A stretch of DNA of 64,000 nt, from contig CM120645.1 of NCBI GenBank assembly GCA_051362555.1, positions 7,626,001-7,690,000 on the forward strand, written 5' to 3'. Each line of letters starts with the position of its first letter. Position 1 is the first letter of the stretch. The position numbers and the translations under genes are program-made. Below the pieces are notes generated by a model. The model worked only from the letters and a program-made list of their open reading frames with translations, did no database searches and was not told where the DNA came from. Shown in pieces: positions 35,001-47,941 of the stretch. Source of the stretch: Lingula anatina (lineage: Eukaryota > Animalia > Brachiopoda).

Positions 35001-38000
35001 ATTGTGCCCCTCTGTTAAAGGGGCTGTGTATTTGAAATGTACTTGTCTGTCTGTTTGTCTGCCCATTTGTCTATCTGTGTCTCTGTCTGTGTCTTTCCAT
35101 CAGTTGATCTGTCTGTTTGTCAGTCTGGCTTTCTGTATCTTTCCATTAGTCAATATACTGCCTGTCCATTTGTCTGTCTGTCTGTTTGTCTGTTCATCAG
35201 TCCATCTGTCTGTCCATTTGTCTTTGTCTGTCTGTCTTTCAGTCCGTCTGTTTGTCTGTTTTTCATTAGTTTGAACATCTGTCTGTATGTCAGTGTATTA
35301 TTTCTTCTTACCATACAATACAATGCTGTTAATAGGACTTTTTTTAATTTTTGAAATCCAAGGGCCTCATACTTGTGAATTAGTTGCAATTAATTTACTG
35401 GAAATTGTAAGGTTTGTATCCCTTGAGTAGTAGCACATCAGTCTTCAATCATCCTCAGCCATTAATCCATTGATTCGGAGACAGCTTTTTCCAGTCAAAG
35501 GGGTGGTCCTTTTGAACCCCCCTCCTCACCAAAAAAAAAAAAATGTTGTTGGTCTTAAATTTTCAGAGAAACATTTTGTTCAAAATATCGTAGAATGGGG
35601 GAACAGTACATTTTTATACTGTATACTTCTTCCCTCTTTTAGATTACATTATGTACCTGTCTGGTTTTATTAAGTACGACCATGTATTTTACTCTGTTAT
35701 TTTCTCTCTACACCGTCTTAATATCTGCCTTTTTGCACCATATCCAATCTCTTCTTGTAATATTTTAGGAGCATCATCAAACATTGCCAACAACAACAAC
35801 AACAATAACAACGGTAACCTTCAACCCACAAACAACTGTCAGATTAACAACCCCTGTGAGCATCGCTGTGTGGACACGGGACAGGCTGTGCGATGTGAAT
35901 GTTACAATGGCTATGAGCTGGCGAGAGATGAGATATCCTGCACAGGTAAGTTTGATGATGGTGGTGATATGTGTAATATATTTATCCTGTTGGGGCTACA
36001 TGTTCTTGTAGACAAAATTATAAATTACACCATCTGTGGACAGGGGTTTGTAGAAAACAAGGATAAACCACAGTATATGTAATTTAATGACTAGTAATTA
36101 TAATTAATGTGAGTGAATTTGTAGTACCTTGAAAGGTACACATTTTCAATTCACATAATAACATATATTTTTTTGTTTCAAAAGTGCAAATGCATTTGGA
36201 ATAAAAAACTTTTTTCAGAAGATGCCTTACCCACTGTCACTTGCTTTAAAACTCACAGTTTTTGATTTTGCAAAAGTCCTGTTCTCAACGAATTTGATTT
36301 ATCAATTTTAGGCCTCACTGTAAGAGGCAGACCCTGATTGCAATTCCTTCCGAAAACAAACCAATGCTTTATTCTGCTGACCACAGTCACATTGCAAAAA
36401 AAGGAGGAAGTGCAATCAAGGTGTCTGCAACACTGTACCCACCCGAGTTTCAGAGGACACTTGTAACTTATCTCTTATTTATCAGCATCCTTCTGCCCTT
36501 TCCAGTATCTCCTAATGGGGTACTAAATGAGTGTCTGATACTGATACCATATTATCTGATACATGCTTATGGTAGAGTGTGGAGTTTCCAGTGTTCTCTG
36601 AGTCTCAGAAGTTAGGCCTAAAACTGTTTTAGTGAAAACTGATGAGAAGAGGACTTCAAATTTCCTGCTTATATATCACCTTATTGACATGGAAAACTAT
36701 AACTGTTCACTTTGTTGTACCTAAAATTGCTTCAACTTAAAAAACACTTTTCTCAAAATATTACATTTCAGTTTGTTAATTTTTTTCTGTTACTAATGCA
36801 CTCTGATTTTCATTTGTTCAGTTTTAACTTTTTCAAACTCAAATAACAGAATGATAAATATGAATTTGCCATCAGGCTGATGAATTTGTACATGTTATCA
36901 GTAAAATATGTATATTTGTATGAGATGTTTGAAAAAGCTGCACCCATTTCCACATTAACAAAGTCCTCTCTCACACCTCCCTGCTTAGATATTAATGAAT
37001 GCCGGCGTTACAACCCCTGTGCTCAAGGACAGGAGTGTCAGAACTCACTGGGGAGTTACCGCTGTATTGGCCTCAGTGGAAACATACCGCTGGTTCCCTC
37101 CACCGAGTGCACCCTGGGCTATCAGTATAACCCACAGAGCGGAAACTGTGAAGGTTTGTTCTGGGAATGGTTTCACAAAATAACTTTAACTCAAAAATTG
37201 GTGAAAAGTTTAGACTAAAAATCTGGTGTACAGTATGTCATTTCAAGGTATTCTAAAGCAGTCCTTGTAAATACAGGAAGTGTTTATTTCAAATCAGGCA
37301 CAGTATCCCTTATAGTTGAACAATCACTGACTTGCCATATCATCATTGTCCTGGTTAATTTTTGTCTTGCCTACAGTGCATTAGCACTAGGTGAACTGCT
37401 GCTTGTAGGAGCCTTGCAGTGACAAAAAAAGAGCTTTTGGACTAAAAATTTAGACCAATTTTTGGACAACAGTTCTTTTCTGAAACAGAACCCAGATGGA
37501 TTTTTTTCTGCGAAGTGTGCACAGTTTGCCCAGTGATGTAGGACTCATCCCCCAATGAAACAGTTGTTCTACATAGATCAATCATACTCTGCATTGAACT
37601 CTCACTGAATTCAATCAGATTAAAAGATTACCACGCCTCTTTTGTTTCCAATGTACTTGTATAATCACCATAATCACCAGGATTTCTGCATTCTACTCAA
37701 TGCCAGGAGATGGATGGATCTGTACAGAATGATAGTTTCATTTGGAATGTTCCCGTAGAGTGTCGTCTGTTACTTCTCTTTATAGCTTATGCTCGAGATG
37801 AGTTTCTGTCAGTGCTGTGAAATTTGGGGTAACATGCTTGCTTTAGAGGAAGATTCAACTTATCAATTCTGTGTGCATGGTTTTTAATGCCTCCTCTTAT
37901 AACTATAAACCTGTATTACCATGACTGTTTTTAGACAAAATACCACTTAGTACATTCCCAATCACCACAAGCATGCTAATTGTTCTTTGATTAGCAGTAA

Positions 38001-41000
38001 AATAAGATAAAAATTCAAAAACATGAAGCAGTTTATTCCATTTCATTCAATGTCACTCAGACCAGAGTTCTTAGCTGCAATTTTGTTTCTTAACTACAAA
38101 AACTGAGTATGAGTAGGCACTTTTGTGGTTCTGCCATTTTTGTGGCATTTTCTGGGACATACGTATTGCATTACAAAATCGAACCACATTTCACCTTCAG
38201 CTGTCATCACCTGTTAACACGAAGGTGTAATCATATAGTGTTAGCACATTCTACTCAATAATATTATTTTCCTCTCCACATTTTTCATGTGGCAATTAAC
38301 CCTGTCCTGATTTTTCAGACAAAGTCAACAGTAAAAATATCAGAATGAACCCTATTCTAGACATGAGTACCAGATGCTTTTTGTTGTTCGTGGCATCTTT
38401 TTACTGGTTGATGGTTACCATTGATGTTTGAATAAAAAGAAGCTGTAGTATCAATGTTTTATCAAAGGAGTGTATTATTAATGTTGAATTGCCTACTTAG
38501 TACATATACATGAAAGTATATAGAAGCAGCCCTGAGCTAGCTATCATACTATACCCTCAGTGCACATGTATTAGAAAGCTCTTGTAGATTAGAATTAGTA
38601 TAATAATACTGAAATATATTGGAAATATAGCAATGTAAAATATTCACTTGGTTGATGTGTCCTTTTGAAAGCTATATTTTGTAAATTAATTTTTTTATTA
38701 AGATGTTGGTTTTGATCGTTTGGTCACGTTTCTTTCACACATTTTATAAAAAAAGTTTACATTATTAAAATCAATACACTTGCATTCATCTTCAAAAGAT
38801 TTCTAAAAAAATTTAATTCATATTGATTGTCTGCTCTAAGATGATACAAATTGTATTTATGTGAAGTTAGAATAATAAATTCTTCAAACAATAGCTTAAA
38901 CTTAGATGTATTTCCACAATAGCTTTAATATATATTCGTTTACTGTAGAATACTTCATTCTCTGATGAAGTTGTCCTGTGAGACATAAAACAAAAGAGGG
39001 GTAATAACTCCTGACTTTAAGCTGTTGTTGAAGAATCTACTATTGGAACTTAAATGTATAACACAACTGATAATATTTTTTTCCTGAGTTCATGTAACAA
39101 TTATTATGTTTTCACATTTCTAGATGTGAATGAGTGTGTTAATGGCAACTCTTGTCCTGGGGGGTCAATTTGCAGCAATACCATTGGTTCCTACCAGTGC
39201 ACTAGGGAGAGAAGCTGTGGAACTGGGTACACTCTCAATGGGCAGACCAATATGTGTGAAGGTATATATGGAACAGCAAGGACTCAATATTCAATTGAAT
39301 ATTGAGTCCTAGCCTACAGTAAGAAGTTGGGATGCATCCTGGTTCACACATCTAGTAGCTGGGTTGGTCCCAACTCTGTGCAGGATTCTTGCTAAAGTGC
39401 TATCAGTGGAATCTGGCTTAGTCCACGTATAGTGCAATGTAGTTAATTACCCCTAGCTGCTCGAGGAGACATGCCTGACAACTGAGCTGATTGCACTTTA
39501 GCGAGAATCCCTACAAAGTTGGATCCATCCAGCTAGTATGATGTCTGAATAGGAATGTGGTCTTAGACAACAGTGCCAGAATACCAAACAGCTTGAAAAT
39601 GCCACCTCTGCAGTGGCAACTCCAGGAGAGGTTACAGTGTGGAAATTGGAGAAAAGCAAGCAGTATTTTACCATCCCTGTACCCTGCATTTTGTAGTACA
39701 TTTGTCCTTGTCTTCATTTTTATATTTGAAAAAAAAATGAATGATAGAGAATATATAATCCTTGTGCCCCCCCTTAACAAATTCCTGGATATCCCACATA
39801 CACGTGTGCTTACTTGCCCATAAAACGTAAGTCTGGAAAAATAGTTACATATATGAATGTATAAAATGCATATTTAGATATCCATGGGCATACCTTCACT
39901 GGCAGTTACAACTTTTGTTAATGCCAAAATTAAAAAGTTATCCATCAAATTTGGAATGTCTCCTTTTCAGATATCGATGAATGTGCAAAACCAGAAACCA
40001 ACAACTGCGGAACCGTCTTTGAGTGTGTTAACATCCCAGGGTCCTTCAGGTGCAAGTACAAGACTTGTCCAGTGGGGTATCGCCTTAATGGCCAGACGGG
40101 GAACTGTGACCCAGTTTACTGCCGTACAGGAATGAAGGCTGACCCAGTTACTGGACAGTGTGTGGGTGAGTAGGAAAACATAGAATAGATGCAAACAGAT
40201 GCAAAGTGGAAAGAGCATTGCAAGTATAAAATGAAAAGTGTGATAAAATTTTTTTACGTAATTGTTCTGATGGAATAACAATGAAATTCTGGTAAATGTC
40301 AAAGGTCAAAATTATTGTTCCATATGATTGAAGATTTTTATAAAGACAAAACTTGTCAAAATACCTGATTGTATTATACATGTAGATGTTAAAAAGTAAT
40401 TGTGTGTTTAAACTGTCTGTCTGTGGCACCTTTGTTTATGTGCTTAAAATTGATATATGCAACAACTACCTACAGTATATCCTTTTACATGATGATTTTT
40501 TTTCCTTAAAGATATTCTTAGGATTTGAATTTTTATTTTAGCAAAGAGTTCCACTACAGGTAAAAAGACTTTCCTACGTAAACAATCTCCTTATCATCTC
40601 TGTAGGAATAACATATTCTTTTAGAAAAATGAATTGCCCATGACATATTCTTTTTTCCAGACATCAATGAATGTGAGGCCCAGGGCACTTGCAGTGTTGG
40701 TCAGATCTGTGAAAACACTTTTGGATCATATCGCTGCAGGGACAAGTGCACATCTGGCTATGAAGCTGATGCCAACGGAATCTGTAGAGGTTAGGGTTTT
40801 TGGTCTATTTCTGTTCTTCTTCTCAATTAAGACTTTCATCAGCAATAAAGACTTTCATGTATATACACTGACAAGGATAGGTATTTCTTGTCATAATATC
40901 TGAACACAGTAGTCACTGAGAAAATACCAGATGGCAGCCGAGCCAAGAGCATCTTATGCCTTGGTTGACCAAGCTATGAAGCAGATCTAGAACTAACATT

Positions 41001-44000
41001 ATATTTTAAAACTTCATAATTTTCAAATTGGTACACCCATAGATGTAAGGTAAAGATATTTGTTCTACAGAATGAAATCAAGTCATTATGTAAGTTATAA
41101 CATGGAAATGCTTTGTCTTATTTTCAATCAGATATAGATGAATGTTCCAGAGGAACTGCAAACTGCCCACCTGGCCAGCAGTGTTTGAATCTCCCAGGGT
41201 CATTCCAGTGTCAGTGTGGGGAAGGCTACGAATTCAACCCAACAAAAAGAACTTGTGATGGTTAGTAAAATAAGAAAAAACAAAACAAAACATGGGGCCA
41301 CATTAGCTTGCTTCATGCCAAATACCCTGCTTGTAGGCAGGGCAGTTCTTCCAAACAGGGTAATGGCAAGAACCATCCTTTTGGTGTAGAAAAAAAACAT
41401 TCTGATTAAAAATATTTCAGAAAAGTAGGACCAACATGAGGTTTCAAGATAAAAAGGTCAACTATTCTGGAAGGATACCCCCCCTCCCCCACCCCCTTGA
41501 AATTGCAGGCTACTGACCTAAATATGGATGGTTGAAGAAGATTTATTTTTTCACACAAAAAAGAGACAGCTAAAATGTGTACATGCTCAATAGCTGTCTA
41601 AATACAATATACTGTATGCATGAAAATGTGTGTTTTTATTGAATGGTGAAGACATACATGTACTTGAACATGTATATGGTCAACAGGCCAAGTTAAAAGT
41701 CAATATTTTTACCTGCCTAAACACCTTATTATGGAGACCATGTAATCAACATTTTCTTGCATGAAGAGAGAAATTTATTTACATTTGATTTTCCCAATTT
41801 AAATAATCAGAACAATTTATTTCCAATTATATTTCAATGATAATGATTTGCATTTGATTTCAAGATGTGGATGAATGCACCCGCTATGGCACCGTCTGCT
41901 CTTTGAATTCAAAATGTCAGAACACCCCAGGTTCCTATGAATGCACCTGTAACACAGGCTTCAAAAGAGCACGGAATGGGCGTAACTGCATTGGTAATGT
42001 GAATCACAAATTGTTGAATTCTGGCAACAGATTTTTTTTTTCATGTCAGAGTCTTCAAAACTTTTTCTGTCTTATCAATGTTTTTTACCAGACTAAGAAA
42101 CATTTTCAGATTCAAATAAGCTGAACCTGATGCTGTAACAGCATATAACTTTTCATGGTGATTAAAGATTAGACAAATATTTCCAATAAGTACCCATTTG
42201 AATAAAGTAATAATTTTAAGTTTGTAATGCACAACAGAATAAATCATAATAATTGTTTATTATTCTGGAAACTGTGAAGATAAACATGGTTTTAAACGTT
42301 ACAAATTAGAGAGAACAATGTACAAGAGGATATAAACATGTGATAGATGGCAGAAAAAAACTGCCAGAGTTACGAAACAACATTTATAACTGCTAATCCA
42401 ATTTTCACCCACAGTGCTCTCTACACATAGTAATTAGAATCTTTGAGAATGAACACTAATTAAATTCTTGCTCCAGACATTAACGAATGTGAGGAGAGTC
42501 CAGGCATTTGTCCTCACAGTTGTATCAACACCTGGGGCAGCTTCCAGTGTACCTGTAGAGAGGGGTTCAGACTGGGCACAGATGGCAGGACCTGTGTTGG
42601 TACGTTCTAACAGGATGCACACTAGCAGCAAATGAGACATTGCTTTAATATAAATAAATTCAAGAAATTTGAAAACTTTTCATGTTCCTGTTATTTATTT
42701 ATATTTATTTATCTCATTAGTTTTTTAATTTATGTACGGTCATGTCTTCAGAAAGTTTTTTCTTTGTGTTTGTGTTGAACTGTATTTCTGTATAAATTTA
42801 TTTATCTTTTCACTCATTATTAATTTATTTATCTGTTCACTCATTATTAATTAATTTATTTATATATTTATTCTACACAGATATAGATGAGTGTGAAGAG
42901 TGGGCAGACAAAGGGCGACTATGTATTGGACTGTGTCAGAATACTGAGGGATCCTACACTTGCTCCTGTCCTGCTGGCTACAGAATGACACCTGGTGGCA
43001 GAATTTGTGCAGGTACTGGAGTCTGATGTCGTCTGCTGGAAAAATGTCATCAGCACGTACTGCTGATAACGAAGAAAAAAGTAAAAAAATTATATGTGTG
43101 TGTAAGAAGTAGTTTCAATTCAAAATCATTGGGAATTCAGACTTTACTAACAGTAACATTAGAATATGAATTAGACGAAGAAAGGGGAAATTATGGGTAC
43201 TGTAGGCTACACAAGTTTTAAAGAACCTCATTTATCCCACTTCGTACACTTCTTATTTCATGTGAAAAAACGGCTTTTGGTTGTTGTTTGCAGACATTGA
43301 CGAGTGTGCTGAAGGTTCTGCCAACTGTAACGGGCCCAATCAACTCTGTATCAACACCAGGGGGAGCTTCAAGTGCAATGTGATCCAATGTCCCCAAGGT
43401 TTTATGCGTCAAGGCGGACAATCTAGTGCGAAGTAAGTTTTCACTGCGTAACGCTTGGCTCAGGCTGGTTTGTAAGTTGCCAACACTAACTTACAATGAC
43501 TTGGATTTAATTTTCTTTTTATTTATTAACTTATTTATTTATTTATTATTTTTATTATTTTATTATTTTTATGTATGTATTTATTTATTTATTTAATTTT
43601 TTTTTTTTGATAATTTTATTAGCCTCGAGCTGATATTTAAATAATATATCACTGTAGAAACTGAATGGTAAGAATCTGCATTAGGATAAAGCCTTGTTTT
43701 TGCACTCAGATCACCGCTTGGGTTGTGGTAATCGATTGTGTAGTGGATGTAAATTCGGGTTTGCATGGCAAGAGTAACTTCTTGGGAATTCACGTCTTTT
43801 AAAATTAAAAAAGTGTCACCTTCAAAATCTGAATCATGCATTAAAACATTTTTTTGGGTAGAATTTTCAACACTTGCATGATTTTTTTTCCACAAACAAT
43901 TTTTCTGATAACAATAACACACAAGCCAAACGCACTACTCACTATAGGCCTATCCGTGTAAGGTTACAATAGAATCGAATAAAACAAAGATTATCCAAAC

Positions 44001-44491
44001 CATGAAATTGCCCTTCAAATGCAAACTAGTTGATGCTCTTCTAATGCAGGTTTTTATTTCTTTTCACTTTCTACAGTAGCGTCCGCTGCCAGCGAGTATC
44101 ATTCATCTGCGCTCAGGGAGACGTAGCGTGCCAGGAGGCCCCCCTGTCCTACTCCTACAATTTCCTCAGTTTCCCCACAAAGATCCGCATCCCCGCCGAG
44201 CTGTTTACCATGCGAGGGCCCTCCTCTCCGTATAGGAGGGTGGCGTTCGAGCTGATCTTGGATTCTGCACGTAACCCGGCCAGTGGCATCCAGAGCGTCT
44301 TCCGCAGCCATTTTAAGTTAGACAACACGAGGCCGTATGAGGTCGTAGTGAGCTTGGACAGGCCTATCACCGAAGCACAAGATATTGAGCTGACGCTGAA
44401 TATGAAATTGTATAATCAACCGGATAACACTTTCCTTGGAGTTGCTGTTGCCAAAATTACCATCTACGCAACCGCCGATCAGCTTACTTAA
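29073..44491 (+). CDS. FBLN1: Fibulin-1/2-type ECM protein, isoform with proximal (1C-like) terminal exon, ~842 aa; exons 29073-29148, 32357-32610, 33466-33658, 34782-34916, 35769-35945, 36989-37153, 39124-39261, 39971-40165, 40661-40789, 41132-41260, 41865-41993, 42477-42599, 42881-43012, 43294-43432, 44077-44491
   Basis: Signal peptide [15 protein letters not shown], then anaphylatoxin-like CC-rich modules ([24 protein letters not shown]). These are followed by 11 EGF/cbEGF exons (D[IV][ND]EC..N..GS[YF].C), mostly phase 1-1, and a fibulin domain III ([36 protein letters not shown]). The spliced length of 2529 nt is in frame. Confidence 0.93.
30928..31160. mobile_element. Palindromic MITE related subfamily copy in fibulin intron 1
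   Basis: Inverted match to 19352-19580. Arms GATCGACCTAACTCCCTGGGG..AATTGCTGTCAGC / GCTGACAGTAAT..CCCC..GATAGATCGATC; ends TAAGGG.. / ..GGAAATGGGGTGTAA. Confidence 0.75.
35044..35290. repeat. Degenerate (TCTG)n low-complexity tract
   Basis: TGTC/TCTG/TTTG/TCCA tetramer mosaic. Confidence 0.85.
37539..37757. mobile_element. Palindromic MITE family 1 copy (inverted)
   Basis: TTTGTTTCCAATGTACTTGTATAATCACC is a near reverse complement of GGTGATTATATGAGTACATTGGAAACAAA in the 5114 copy. Confidence 0.65.
39329..39560. mobile_element. Palindromic MITE related copy (diverged)
   Basis: Inverted arms CCAACTCTGTGCAGGATTCTTGCTAAAGTGCTATCAG / CTGATTGCACTTTAGCGAGAATCCCTACAAAGTTGG, similar to the arms of the 19352 copy. 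Ends are approximate. Confidence 0.6.
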
Positions 44492-45881
44492 TTTTGATCA
44501 AGTCTATTGAACAGCTGCTTAAATTTCAGAATATGCCGTCCAATGTGTGAAAAGCAAAACGCAATTTTGCTCAGCGCTGAACTTGTGAAAAGAAAGAATT
44601 TTTATGTAGATTCTATGGTTTCATTGATAAGTGTTAAACACGATTGAGGTTGGAAATCTCAGTAAATCTGCAAAATGTGCTTGAATTTAACTTTTAGGAT
44701 TGTTTAAGGTGTAAGAGCAAAGGTCAACTAATAATTCAATTTATCAATAACTATAGCTACAATTTTAGAACGTAATTTTCATATATTAGGATTTGGTAGA
44801 ATAAAGATTTTATGTCATTGTTGGGCGTGAATAAAGGAGTTGGATTCAACAGCTAATTCCAGATTGTAATTTTTAGTAAAAGAAGGTTTGTGAATCGTTT
44901 TCTTGTGTTTCAATTGAACAGAATATTGTAACTGTTATGCTCGCTTACTTGTGGCCAAACAAAGTAAAAAAAACAACATTTTGAGCTTTTGCCAACTCCT
45001 TCAGAAGGCGTGATTTTTAGACGGAAAGGCAATGTATTTCAGTTTTTAACTTGTTTGGACTTTTTGCCAGACCAAAATGGGATCAGGATTGGATTTTGGT
45101 AGACGTGTATATTATAATTATATCAGGTTTTAAATTAGAATTAAAAAAATGGATATTGATTCAACATATGGACCAGATAAAAAGGTCACGTTTAACGGGT
45201 CTGTTTTGAGATTGTCTTGAATTTGTAAAGGATTGTTTCATTTTATGTGTACTTAGTTGACAATATCCAGCTGTAAGTCAGATATTCATTAAAGATATGA
45301 CCATATTTTCATTAATCTGATAAAAAGGTGGAAACTGCCTGTTTTGTGTTTGTCCTGAAACTGTTGATATCTGGAAAATCCGTGCTGTACATCTAGAATG
45401 AAATAAATTCTTTTGCGTTCAGGTCTTAAAACAATGTTTTTTTCTATATTACACTTGCTGCATGCAGCTGATTATATACATACATACGGAAGTTAAAAGT
45501 GTTATAAAACAAGTTGAAAAAAAGTCAACAAGAAATCGACCATGAACTTGTTAAATTTATATTTTCCTGTCTATCCACAAAAAAATGCATGCATTTCATA
45601 AACCGATCTTAATTGAGCTTAATAAATTCTCTTTACTTATAGTCACAGAAAATCAGCAAGTTTGATTTTGAAATTTTCAAAAATGCAAGACACATTCTTG
45701 CCCCTGTCAACACTATCGTCTGCACAGAATAATTAAACAATAAATACAGTTAAAGAAAAAATTGCTTTATAATTTGAAATCTTACAGTTCACTTGTAACA
45801 GCTGCCCCTACTCGAAGCATGAAGATTATATTCTGATTTTAATCTTAATTACAAGTCATCCATGTTGAAAACCATTTCCAG

Positions 45882-46688
45882 AATCCTTACAGACGACGGC
45901 GTCCTTTGTCTGCGCAAGGCATGTAGCACCCTCGACATTGAGTGCCTCCTCAACCAGACGCGGTCAGTGGCATTTCAGTACCTGTCCATCCCAACAGTGA
46001 CCAGATTGGATCCTGGCCGTAGTGAGCTGTTAATGAGCGTCCAGGCACAGGTGGACGGCTACGTCATGTATCCCAACGTGAAGCTGGACATTTTGAGCGG
46101 GAACGCTGAGGAGCTGTTTGAGTTGGCCAAGACAACCAGGACTGGAGGTAAATGTCCATGTACTTTAGGCTGTGTGTTTCTGACTTTTTTTGCACATTTG
46201 ACAAAACCATGAACTTTTTTCTTTCACAAACATTGTCAAAACAAGAGATAGTTAAACGTTATAAAAGAAGGCCGAGTAAACAAGAACTGCATATTGAGTT
46301 GCGACTATTACATTTTTTTAATTTTAGTAGTGAAAATGGCTTCAGGTATTCTTAACGAATTGTAAATCATAACGCGAATGTTCAGATTCGCTTTCTTGCA
46401 TGAAAATTGAATATTCATTGATTATCTATCACTCCTTGAAAGTTGGTTTACGTAATGTTAAAGGTGCGTGTCGTATCACTGTGCTGTTGTCTCACACCTT
46501 ATTTCATGACATTGAATCTATGTGGTTTATATCTTCATTTTTCAGGTGAGCTCCGTCTTATCAAACCCATACGTGGCCCCGCCCTCCATCACCTGTCTCT
46601 TTCCCTGGGCAGTCGGAACCGTGCAGGTTACCTGGTCTCCAAGCACATCGCCTTCGTCACCATAGACGTGTCTAGGTATCCCTTCTAG
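45882..46688 (+). CDS. FBLN1: Fibulin alternative distal (1D-like) domain III terminal exons 45882-46147 and 46546-46688, spliced from the 43432 donor
   Basis: Encodes CLRKACSTLDIECLLNQTRSVAFQYLSIPT..LDILSGNAEELFEL..G|ELRLIKPIRGP..FVTIDVSRYPF*, a second fibulin domain III. Acceptor ttccag|A at 45882 is phase 2 and matches the exon-14 donor. The alternative isoform totals 2523 nt in frame. Confidence 0.88.
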
Positions 46689-46775
46689 ACACACTCTGGA
46701 CCGCGTAATTCAATCACCGTATTCGGAACAGTGAAAGCTAGATGTCTTTTGTGAACAGCCTTTATGCCAATGTGC

Positions 46776-46924
46776 AGTCTAGGATACATTGGCAATGCGA
46801 TGTCCGTACGATGGCCGTAAATCCCTTTCGTGCGATTTGTCATACTCAGGCGCCGCACGAAAAGGGATTTACGGGCAGTAAACGAGCATTGTACGGAAAT
46901 TGCACGGCAAATGTAATGTAGGCT
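46776..46924. repeat. ~150-bp imperfect inverted repeat (hairpin) in distal fibulin 3' UTR
   Basis: CCGTAAATCCCTTTCGTGCG pairs with CGCACGAAAAGGGATTTACGG (one-base bulge). The outer 38-nt arms are also complementary with mismatches. Confidence 0.9.
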
Positions 46925-47898
46925 TTACTCTGAAAGAAATTGTCATCAAAGTTCATTGGCTCAAGCACGTGTATTTGTCGTAAGCGGCGAAGTCCGCCTT
47001 TTGATTGTTATATATTTGTTTTATAGGATACGTGATGAACTGCTGTTTTATTTTATCAGTTTACTCTCGTCTCATGCATATATCGCCAGTTTCATGTTCA
47101 GAATGTTTTAGAAGGTCACGACATTCATGTGTTGAATTGAACCGTGGGAAGTTCTATAATATTTTTTCGTACACTTGTACGTGCCATGTTTATTGCTTCC
47201 AGCTTTAAGTTACTACAGCATTATGAAAAATATGATATGCTTTTTACATACTATATGATACCTCGAATATAAGATGAAACATGCGATATTAACCGTGGGC
47301 TAGCCGGAGTACTTATACTTACAACAGAAAAGTTGAAAATGGCTACCAATATTTAATTGAACAAAATGATGATATCATAAATTTTATATTTGTATCTTTC
47401 AGTTTAGAAATCAAACATCGGATATTTAGGTTCCCATTATGTTTCTTATATGATTTTTACAAGCAGTATTATCATAACCAGTATTATCTCTTCTAACCAT
47501 TGCTTGTGCACTCGCTGGTTTGGAGACGGCTGATTTAGCATTATATGAAACAGTCTTGTAAATCAACACGCCGATGATGATATATTACTATGTACTACAA
47601 TATTGATACATCAGATTTTGGTAGTGGGAAATATACAATAATAATTTTGATACAAATTGACTCTAGTTATATATTTAGCAAGATGATTTATTAAAAAAAA
47701 TATTTCTTTTGATAAATATAACATTTCAAAACAGTTCGTGGCGAATAATTTCAATTCATACATGTATAATCCCATTTCAGCGAAACATATGGGGTTATTT
47801 AAACAATATTTATGAACATGCACATTTATATTTACCCTAGGCACCCAAAGCAATAATCAAAGTATTTTCTTATATTCTAGCTTATGTTACGCAATACC

Positions 47899-47941
47899 AA
47901 TAAACGTCTGACTTGAATTACAGCTGTCGCTACTTTTTATT
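47899..47941. terminator. Convergent polyadenylation signals (plus AATAAA 47899-47904 for fibulin distal isoform; minus AATAAA 47941-47936 for paralog A)
   Basis: Each is the first canonical hexamer I found downstream of its stop codon. A T/GT-rich tract follows the plus-strand signal. Confidence 0.5.

Noticed and set aside
45891-45893. Alternative acceptor ttacag|ACG for the distal fibulin exon
   Set aside because: Phase 1, incompatible with the phase-2 donor at 43432, so 45882 was used.
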